A stretch of DNA of 64,000 nt. Origin: an uncultured Clostridium sp. Lineage in GTDB: Bacteria > Bacillota_I > Bacilli_A > RF39 > UBA660. Position numbers and translations under genes: made by a program. The stretch is taken from the NCBI GenBank assembly GCA_946414595.1, contig CAMKPE010000008.1, positions 1,152 to 65,151 on the forward strand. The letters run 5' to 3'. The notes under the pieces were generated by a model. It searched no databases, was not told where the DNA came from, and saw only the letters and a program-made list of their open reading frames with translations. Below are positions 36,001-43,079 of the stretch, one piece after another. Each line of letters opens with the position of its first letter. The stretch's first letter is position 1.

Positions 36001-37524
36001 TTAAGTAAGTTTCTTAAGTCTTAATACATATTCAATACATTCTTTCATTTTATCTTTACCAAATGTATTGTCCAAAAACTCTACGAATCCATCAATTTCA
36101 TCTCTTATGTAAGAGATATTTAATTGTTCAAATTTTCTTAAGATCTTCTTAGCAATGAAATAATCTACTCCTTCAATTTCATCTCCGCCACAGGCAACAT
36201 ATACTGGTACGAATTTCTTTAAGTGAGAAACGATACGGTTACCAAATGCGATACGGAAATGTTGTATTACATAGTTATCCATTTCTTCGATTTTATTAAG
36301 TGTATCTTCTGATACAGGATTCTTTTCCATTGCATCTTTAAATAGACTGTTGATATAACTAAAGTTAATATCTTGTGCAGGTATTTCTTCAGGTGTAAAT
36401 ACCTCACCTTTTTCATTGATATCTATTGGCATAGCACGGTCGTAAACTTTATCTGTAACCATAAATGTTGAGTCGTCGTTATTGATTGTACCTATGTACC
36501 ATACATTCTCTGGTATTTTAAGTTTTCCACCTATAACATGTTTTGGATCGTTCTTCCAAGAGGATGCAACTAATTCTACTATCCACTCATCGTGGTTAGG
36601 CATTTCTAGGATTGATAACATTTCTGCAAAGTAATACTCAACACGGGAGATATTCATCTCGTCCAAGATTACTGTATAAACGTCATCTGTATATCCAGCT
36701 ATATATAATTCTTTTAATACTTCTGTTTCATTAAACTTTTTAGTAAACTCGTTGAAGTAACCAAAAAGCTCTGTTCTATCACGCCATGATGGTTGTACTG
36801 ATGCGATACATGAGTCATGCTTTAAGAATTTTCCCCAAGCATAAGCAAGTGATGTTTTACCTGTTCCTGAAATACCTTGTAATATAACAAGTTTTGTTGA
36901 TGCAAGAGCAGATATAAATAATCTAATCATCTGTGGTCTATAGTAAAGTCTTAACTGCGATGCAGCGAAGTTTCTAAAGTTACTGCATAATTCTTCAAGA
37001 GTAAATGAATTACCATAGTTTTGTATTTTGTAGTTAGCATATTCTTGGTCAATATCAAATAACTTAGAGAATCTTGGTGCTTCAGTTGGTCCATTATCTT
37101 CTTGATTTTCACTTACATCTTCAGTATCTGGTTCATTAGGTTTGATACCTAAATGTGATACTTTCATTGCAAGTATTTCTTCACGTTCTTTTACAAGTGT
37201 TGCAACTTTGTTATTAAGTTCTCCAACTTCTTCAAGAAGTGATTCTTGATCTACTAAAGTCTTTCTAAATCTTAATAATCTTCTTGCTGCTAAGTATACT
37301 AGTAAACATAGTACAAAGATTAATGCTAAGACTACAATTATAGCAAGTACAACAAGTATCCATTCACCTACTGTAAAATCATCTTTATAGTCATTAATAA
37401 CTGCAATATATTCTTTAATATTGAATATCTTTGCTACTCCATTTACTATTCCCATTACTATTTCTAAAAGTCCTGAAAATAATTGTGAAAGAAATTCATA
37501 CAAAAATTTTAAAAACGTATCCAT
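36001..37524 (-). CDS. Membrane-tethered McrB-family AAA+ (GTPase-type) protein (507 aa)
   Basis: Two N-terminal hydrophobic segments followed by RRLLRFRK (positive-inside) and a coiled coil. Walker A is LQGISGTGKT. VILDEMNISRVEYYFAEMLSILE and IPENVWYIGTINNDDSTFMVTDKVYDRAM parallel McrB DEINRANLSKVFGE and [16 protein letters not shown]..RRRF (from memory). Confidence 0.8.
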   Translation of the reverse strand: MDTFLKFLYEFLSQLFSGLLEIVMGIVNGVAKIFNIKEYIAVINDYKDDFTVGEWILVVLAIIVVLALIFVLCLLVYLAARRLLRFRKTLVDQESLLEEVGELNNKVATLVKEREEILAMKVSHLGIKPNEPDTEDVSENQEDNGPTEAPRFSKLFDIDQEYANYKIQNYGNSFTLEELCSNFRNFAASQLRLYYRPQMIRLFISALASTKLVILQGISGTGKTSLAYAWGKFLKHDSCIASVQPSWRDRTELFGYFNEFTKKFNETEVLKELYIAGYTDDVYTVILDEMNISRVEYYFAEMLSILEMPNHDEWIVELVASSWKNDPKHVIGGKLKIPENVWYIGTINNDDSTFMVTDKVYDRAMPIDINEKGEVFTPEEIPAQDINFSYINSLFKDAMEKNPVSEDTLNKIEEMDNYVIQHFRIAFGNRIVSHLKKFVPVYVACGGDEIEGVDYFIAKKILRKFEQLNISYIRDEIDGFVEFLDNTFGKDKMKECIEYVLRLKKLT

Positions 37525-37534
37525 ACTTCACCAC

Positions 37535-38509
37535 CTATTCATTAATAACAATAATCTTCTTATTCTTTTCTTTTAAGAACTTAGAGTTATTATCTACAAT
37601 TATGTAGCTAAACATCTCAAATAAGATGAAATCATTCTTATCTATATCATCATTTACTTTGACTGCAAACATATATCCATCTCTAATCATGTTTTTAATA
37701 TCATTACCATATTTAGTATAATCTTCATATTTTATCTTAAATATAGTTTGGCCTTTAAAACAGTCATCACTAGAAATCTCTAATAGTTTTGCTAGTCTTT
37801 CTTTATCTTCAAATAAAGAAGTTGCAAAGTCAATTAAGTAGAATCTATCAAATACACACCCACGTATATCGTTAATTATCATACTAGTTAGTAAGTAGTA
37901 TTCTACTAATAATTTATCTTCATTAATAACTCCTTCATGGAATACTCTATCTATTGCAAATTCACTATATAATCTAGGAAATTTAATGTTATATTTTAGT
38001 TCAACATCTACTAAGTTATCTTTAGATGTTGTATATTTCTTTATCTCAAAATCACTTGTCTTGAAGTAATCAAAGAACTTCTTTCTTTTATCTTCAATAT
38101 TTTTTAATAGTTTAGTTATTTCTTCTCTAAACAATGTTACATCATCAAGATTATAAAGGTTTCTATGATATTCTGATACTAATCTTACTAGTGTTTTATA
38201 TGTTATTGTTTTAACTCCATCAAGGCATAATACATAGTTGAATACAGTAAACATTTCTATTAATCTGTCTTTAACTGATTCATCTTCACCTTCACTTAGT
38301 TTCATTACAGCTTTTCTTAAGTGATTGAATATCCTTTCTTCGAAAGGTGTAGCTTCATCACTATAAAAGTTGTAATATCTATTTTCCATATAAATATCTA
38401 ATAGTTTACTAAAGGCTTCTTCTTCATAATAATCAGTAGATAGAACTTGTTTAGCGAATAATGTAATATTATTCTTTTCGAAGTCTATATACTCCTTTAG
38501 CATATTCAT
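37535..38509 (-). CDS. Hypothetical cytoplasmic protein (324 aa); C-terminal half possibly a degenerate EAL-like fold
   Basis: From the ORF track. No TM segment. It is tightly packed with its neighbours (10-11 nt gaps). The EAL resemblance is weak: FYLIDFATSLF, IFKIKYED, DGYMFAVKVNDDI, FSYIIVD. Confidence 0.55.
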   Translation of the reverse strand: MNMLKEYIDFEKNNITLFAKQVLSTDYYEEEAFSKLLDIYMENRYYNFYSDEATPFEERIFNHLRKAVMKLSEGEDESVKDRLIEMFTVFNYVLCLDGVKTITYKTLVRLVSEYHRNLYNLDDVTLFREEITKLLKNIEDKRKKFFDYFKTSDFEIKKYTTSKDNLVDVELKYNIKFPRLYSEFAIDRVFHEGVINEDKLLVEYYLLTSMIINDIRGCVFDRFYLIDFATSLFEDKERLAKLLEISSDDCFKGQTIFKIKYEDYTKYGNDIKNMIRDGYMFAVKVNDDIDKNDFILFEMFSYIIVDNNSKFLKEKNKKIIVINE

Positions 38510-38520
38510 AAAACCACTTC

Positions 38521-39447
38521 CTATTCACTTGAGAATGTAATAATTGGTGTATTTGTTTCAAACGGATAAGTATAATCGTTATTCGTATGTAACTTATAAA
38601 ATCTTACAGATGTACTTGATAAAGCATCTGTACCAAATGTTACACTGTTGATGTAATCAAATCCATCGCTCATTGTTGTTGTCGTTGTTCTTTTAGCTTG
38701 TAGATATGCCTCACTAGTATTATCTAATCTAAATAAGTTTGGATCGAATGTTAATGTAATTAATGCTGATGTACAATGAGTTTTGTTTTCAGGGGATAAC
38801 GCTAAATACTCTCTTATTTCCATCCTATCACCTACACTATAATCACCAAAGGCTTCAATTACTTCGTAGTAATCTAGTGTATTAGTAATATTAAAGTCCA
38901 AATAAGGGCTTCCCATTGAATCAACTATTTCATATGATAGCCCAATCTCACCAACGTTGATTGTAAACTTACCACTTAGTGTTTTTGTATAAGGGCTTGT
39001 TGCACTTGTTTCTACTTCAAGCCATATAGAGTCTCCATCTCCTAACTGTACTGTTGGAGTCATAGTAATAGTAAAATAATCAGTATTAGAACCATTCATG
39101 ATTAAACCAGTGTCTTTAGATGCTGTACAAGAAACATTAGTTGAACATTCATAGCTAATCGTGTAACTAATATTGTCACTTGATGCTACAATATTATTTT
39201 TTTTGCTATTCATATTAATCGTAATTGTTACTGGTTCAACTCCTGACCAGTTATCAAGTTGGTAATATGATTCATCTTCTGATAACTTATCACTATTAAA
39301 GTAAAAGTTTTTAGTACTTAAATAATAATTTCTAAGTCCACGATATATATATCTACCATATGTACCAATTAGAAAGACACCTGTTAAAAGAGCAACAATT
39401 ATAATTATATTTTTGTTGTTTAGCTTCTTCTTTCTACTCTTTTTCAT
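38521..39447 (-). CDS. Exported protein with a SipW-type-like signal (308 aa)
   Basis: The K-rich N-terminus and hydrophobic segment end ..GVFLIGTYGRYIY. The mature part is beta-rich and S/T-rich. RBS GTGGAGAG lies upstream. Confidence 0.7.
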   Translation of the reverse strand: MKKSRKKKLNNKNIIIIVALLTGVFLIGTYGRYIYRGLRNYYLSTKNFYFNSDKLSEDESYYQLDNWSGVEPVTITINMNSKKNNIVASSDNISYTISYECSTNVSCTASKDTGLIMNGSNTDYFTITMTPTVQLGDGDSIWLEVETSATSPYTKTLSGKFTINVGEIGLSYEIVDSMGSPYLDFNITNTLDYYEVIEAFGDYSVGDRMEIREYLALSPENKTHCTSALITLTFDPNLFRLDNTSEAYLQAKRTTTTTMSDGFDYINSVTFGTDALSSTSVRFYKLHTNNDYTYPFETNTPIITFSSE

Positions 39448-39504
39448 ATACTCTCCACTATACTATATAGAATATCATATTTTGAGAGTATTTACAATTA
39501 AAGC

Positions 39505-39537
39505 ATAAAAAAAATACATCCTTTTAGGATGTATTTA
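39505..39537 (-). terminator. Strong intrinsic terminator after the ~343-aa putative major subunit gene
   Basis: On the minus strand the stem is aaatacatcc / ggatgtattt with a 4-nt loop and an 8-nt U-run. A TTGTAA-17-TATTCT promoter-like element (with TGn) follows. Confidence 0.7.
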
Positions 39538-39544
39538 ATTTGTA

Positions 39545-40576
39545 TTATTCACTTAATGTTGTAATTACTAAATCGTAAGTAATTGTTCCTCCTGATGCAT
39601 TGTTTTCACAGTCAACATCTTGACCTTCAACCCACATGTATACTCTTACTTTAGTTATACCAGCTTGTAGAGTAAATAATTGTAAGTTAGAAGCAAATCC
39701 TGCACCTGCTTTAGTTGAATGAGTTACAGTAACAGATCCAAATAATGATCCAAAGTCAGTTACATAATCAAGTGGATCTTCAACTTGAACTAATACGTTA
39801 TTTGTTGTAGTTATATCAGCTTTAACTCCTGCATAAGCAATTTGTGAACCACCAGTTTGTGAAGTTGTTACACCATATGTATCACGTGCGTGTGATACAG
39901 CTGCTGCTGTATGAACATCATAGTTTGGTTCCCAAATATATTTAGTAATTGCTGCAGCTTCATCGTTATCCAAATCTAATCCCATGTTTTGAATGTTTTG
40001 AACTGTATCTCCGGCATCAGCATTTCCAAGCATTACAAATCCAATTCTTGAAGCATTCTTGATACCTGTATCAGTATCATCTGTAGTTTTAACGCCAGAG
40101 TTAGTTGATAGATATACTGTTGTAGGAGCTGTTACTTTAAAGAATAAATCGAAAGCTATAAACTTACCAGAAGTTCCGCTAACTTCAGTGTCTCTCTCAG
40201 CAGTTAAAATATAATTTCCGCCAGCATTACTTGTTATTTGTCCATAGTACATTTTCATCTTACCAGTGTTATCAATTTCACCAATAGTAGATACTGGTTC
40301 CATAGTGTCTGGTAATTGGTTAACGCTATTTCCATAAGTAGTAGATGCTCCAGTTATATCTGCTTCTTGAACTATAGACTTCCAGTTAGTTCCATCAACA
40401 GAAATTTGTATACCGTTTTTAGCTTCTACATTAACAGTTAATGTATTAACTTTAACAGTTTGGTTTGCTGTAAACCATGCATAAGTTGTTGTTGTAAACA
40501 TTACAGTTGTGAAAAACAACGCTATTAAAAGTATTAATAATCTTCTCTTACGATTCCTTTTTCTTCTTTTCTCCAT
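39545..40576 (-). CDS. SipW-type-signal exported protein, putative major subunit (343 aa), paralogue of 31004-32011
   Basis: The start is moved to MEKRRKRNRKRR (ATG 40576), which has GGAGGG 7 nt upstream. The signal ends ..FTTTTYAWFTAN. It shares blocks with the paralogue (see 31004). It has its own promoter and terminator. Confidence 0.85.
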   Translation of the reverse strand: MEKRRKRNRKRRLLILLIALFFTTVMFTTTTYAWFTANQTVKVNTLTVNVEAKNGIQISVDGTNWKSIVQEADITGASTTYGNSVNQLPDTMEPVSTIGEIDNTGKMKMYYGQITSNAGGNYILTAERDTEVSGTSGKFIAFDLFFKVTAPTTVYLSTNSGVKTTDDTDTGIKNASRIGFVMLGNADAGDTVQNIQNMGLDLDNDEAAAITKYIWEPNYDVHTAAAVSHARDTYGVTTSQTGGSQIAYAGVKADITTTNNVLVQVEDPLDYVTDFGSLFGSVTVTHSTKAGAGFASNLQLFTLQAGITKVRVYMWVEGQDVDCENNASGGTITYDLVITTLSE

Positions 40577-40632
40577 TTTTATTCCCTCCAATATAAATAT
40601 CCTCACGCGATATTTTTGTCTAAGATAATTGT

Positions 40633-40661
40633 AGTATACCAATTGACATTATCTTTATCAA
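40633..40661 (-). promoter_or_regulatory. Sigma-A-type promoter for the putative major subunit gene
   Basis: On the minus strand, TTGATA (40661-40656), a 17-nt spacer ending TGG, and TATACT (40638-40633). Repeated TGTAAAC/GTTTACA motifs lie just upstream (40665-40707). Confidence 0.6.
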
Positions 40662-40714
40662 TAGTTTTTGTAAACTTTTACACAAAATTGTCACAATATG
40701 TGTAAACTTGTCGA

Positions 40715-41845
40715 TTATTCGTCTGTATCTAGCTTTTGCTTTGCATTTACTGATATTTCTATATTTTCGGCAACATCTTGGTAATTATGTGAAGTATATC
40801 CACTTCCAAAGGTAATTGTCAATTTGTAATAATCTGTATAATCATTATTGTAATTTAATGGCCTACTTGACGTTTTAATTATTTTGAAATATGTACCATC
40901 ATCATCACTAATAATTTCTTCTTCTCCTATTATAGGTAGATCTACTCCACCATTAGTAAGATAGAATTCATAACCAAGTGGCAAGTTAGTAGTGGCTTTT
41001 ATCTCTACATAATAGTCCATATTAACTTCTGATCTATGTTCTCCATCTGTATTAGAAACACTGAATGTATATGAATATGTATCTCCAGGTTTCATATTAG
41101 TAAGATTTATCTCATCGTGTGTATACGTATCTTTTGCTAAAAAGAATGCTATATCAACAGGAGCTGCAGCTCTTGTTTCTGTTCTCAATCTAGAAAAAGT
41201 ATATGGTATTAAGAATGTTAATAATGCTAATAAGATAACAAATATACATATTTCAATTTTAAGTCTATTATTGTGTTTTAACTTCTCTATCATTTCTCTT
41301 CTTCTTTCAACATTATCTTCTTTTATTTCTCTTACTTGTTTTTCTTCTTTTATCTTTAGCATCCTTATTGTATATAACATAAGTATCATTGTTATAAAGC
41401 ATGCTATCATAATCTTTGGTGTAGTAAGTACTTTTATCCATACTCCTACTTTAGAAAAAGTTCTAACAACTTTACCTATAACCATATCTTTATTTATAGG
41501 TTTATCTATTGTGTTATTAGCATCTCCTCTTGTTATATAAGTATCACCTTTTATTTCAGTGATTCTGTGGGTTATTATCGCACCATTACTTTTGAATGAT
41601 ATAACATCCCCTACTTTGTAGTCATCATCAATTTTAACTAAGATTACATCGTATTTGTCAATTGTTGGTGACATACTACCACTTATTACTTCAAATACTG
41701 TATAACCAAATACATTAGAATAATCTTGTTTTAATACTTTAACTGAAAAAAAGTTATATACAGCAAGTAACATAGGTAATAGCATCATTATACTAAGTAT
41801 TGTTGTAATAACTCTTCTTGTTATTTTTAATATTCTATTTTTCAT
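40715..41845 (-). CDS. SipW-type signal peptidase fused to a C-terminal TasA-like exported domain (376 aa)
   Basis: Residues 1-~165 form a peptidase: TM, ISGSMSPTIDKYD, IITHRITEI, TRGDANNTID, second TM. A KE-rich linker follows, then a third hydrophobic segment ending ..LIPYTFSRLRTETRAAAP. The C-terminal domain carries INLTNMKPGDTYSYTFSVSNTDG (cf. TasA VNLSNLKPGDKLTKDFQFENNG, from memory). There is an ATGA overlap with the upstream gene. Confidence 0.8.
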   Translation of the reverse strand: MKNRILKITRRVITTILSIMMLLPMLLAVYNFFSVKVLKQDYSNVFGYTVFEVISGSMSPTIDKYDVILVKIDDDYKVGDVISFKSNGAIITHRITEIKGDTYITRGDANNTIDKPINKDMVIGKVVRTFSKVGVWIKVLTTPKIMIACFITMILMLYTIRMLKIKEEKQVREIKEDNVERRREMIEKLKHNNRLKIEICIFVILLALLTFLIPYTFSRLRTETRAAAPVDIAFFLAKDTYTHDEINLTNMKPGDTYSYTFSVSNTDGEHRSEVNMDYYVEIKATTNLPLGYEFYLTNGGVDLPIIGEEEIISDDDGTYFKIIKTSSRPLNYNNDYTDYYKLTITFGSGYTSHNYQDVAENIEISVNAKQKLDTDE

Positions 41846-42453
41846 GGTGTAATCTCCTCTATACTAGTCAAAGTATCACCATCCATATATTGTAGAATTT
41901 CAACTGTTATTGGTATATCTATACTATTATTGTATACTTTACCTAAATCAGAGTCTTTTTCATTATTATTCTCATCATTAACCCAACTTAAGTATACTCT
42001 TATCGTGTTAGTTTCATTATCTTCGATATCTTCTAATGTAATTATATTACTATATGTAAATGTACCCGTATGTACTATTGGTTTATCATCTATTTCTTTT
42101 ATTTCTTCAATTACAAATTGGTCTTCATCTAAATTAGAGAAATCAAATGTTACATTATAGATAATTGATACATCTGTATCATTTGGATCAATTTCTATAT
42201 CAAAGTACCCAGTCATTCCTGGCGCTACTTTTCCTTCTTTAACATTTGCTGATGAATTCCAATTAATACTATCAACTGTAAAAGTTGATTCGCTTCCATT
42301 TATACTATCATTATTAACTTTTACTTGCCATTTAGCTATATCAATCTGACTTGTATTAGTTCTTTCACTTTCAAACAATCCATACGATCCTATTAAAAGA
42401 TATATTCCTATTAAGAAAAAGAATGGTGCTAAGACCATTATATGTTTTTTCAT
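41842..42453 (-). CDS. Small TasA-like exported protein (203 aa), paralogue of 32910-33488
   Basis: The signal ends ..LLIGSYGLFESE. The blocks shared with the plus-strand paralogue are listed there. It has 4-nt overlaps with both neighbours. Confidence 0.75.
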   Translation of the reverse strand: MKKHIMVLAPFFFLIGIYLLIGSYGLFESERTNTSQIDIAKWQVKVNNDSINGSESTFTVDSINWNSSANVKEGKVAPGMTGYFDIEIDPNDTDVSIIYNVTFDFSNLDEDQFVIEEIKEIDDKPIVHTGTFTYSNIITLEDIEDNETNTIRVYLSWVNDENNNEKDSDLGKVYNNSIDIPITVEILQYMDGDTLTSIEEITP

Positions 42454-42980
42454 TCTTTATTTTTAATTTCTTTATAGATTGCGTATATTTCGTATATGAA
42501 AGCCAAGAATAATGGAAATACAACTATAAATAAGAATCCCCATTTAGATTGTAATACATAAAGTAATTGTCCTAAGAAATGGAATGCTGTTGTAGATTCA
42601 TGTGTACCTAAAACATATTCGCTTGATACTGATGTATTATCTTTTAAATGGAATGTTGTTTCTTTATCACTTATTTTTTCTTTTCTTACAACTTCTACGT
42701 ATCTAATACGATTTCCTGCAGGAATATCATAGAAGAATACTTTTTGTCCGGTTTCAACATCATCGTTTGATACTGGCTTAATAAATAAAAGCGTATTATT
42801 TTCATAATCTTCTATTTGTTTTTCCCCATCTTCTCCTTCTTCAACAAGAACTAAATATCTTCCTGCAAATGAAGAAACTCCATAGTCATTTCTATTTAAT
42901 AAAAATGCTGTTGTAAATACTATTAGTATTAAATATATTGATACTACTATACTTAAAATAATTTTCAAAGTCTTATTCAT
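42450..42980 (-). CDS. SipW-like membrane protein lacking catalytic residues (pseudo-peptidase, 176 aa)
   Basis: It has the same N-TM / beta-core / C-TM layout and spacing as the two SipW proteins (e.g. DVETGQKVFFYD vs DIKVGDNIVYQG). The Ser, His and Asp motifs are replaced: LVEEGEDG for GSM(E/S)P, IRYVEVV for THR(V/I), LKDNTS for GDAN. It is the first gene of the locus. Confidence 0.6.
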   Translation of the reverse strand: MNKTLKIILSIVVSIYLILIVFTTAFLLNRNDYGVSSFAGRYLVLVEEGEDGEKQIEDYENNTLLFIKPVSNDDVETGQKVFFYDIPAGNRIRYVEVVRKEKISDKETTFHLKDNTSVSSEYVLGTHESTTAFHFLGQLLYVLQSKWGFLFIVVFPLFLAFIYEIYAIYKEIKNKE

Positions 42981-43042
42981 AATATACCCTCTTCTATTAT
43001 TACTATATATATAAGTGTATCATATTTTAGTGGTTTATGTAA

Positions 43043-43069
43043 ATAAAAAACTTCACGATGTGAAGTTTG
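43043..43069 (-). terminator. Intrinsic terminator after ffh
   Basis: On the minus strand the stem is aaacttcac / gtgaagttt with a 4-nt loop and a U-run. Confidence 0.7.
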
Positions 43070-43079
43070 ATATTTGATA

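Noticed and set aside
34774-37524. Considered a conventional McrBC type IV restriction system
   Set aside because: The McrB-like protein has TM segments instead of a DNA-binding N-domain. The McrC-like partner shows no recognisable PD-(D/E)xK nuclease. This is kept as a finding rather than called restriction.
21341-43069. Considered a prophage, ICE or transposon origin for the accessory block
   Set aside because: I could find no integrase, transposase, recombinase, tRNA attachment site, terminal inverted repeats or direct repeats. Mobility cannot be supported from the sequence.
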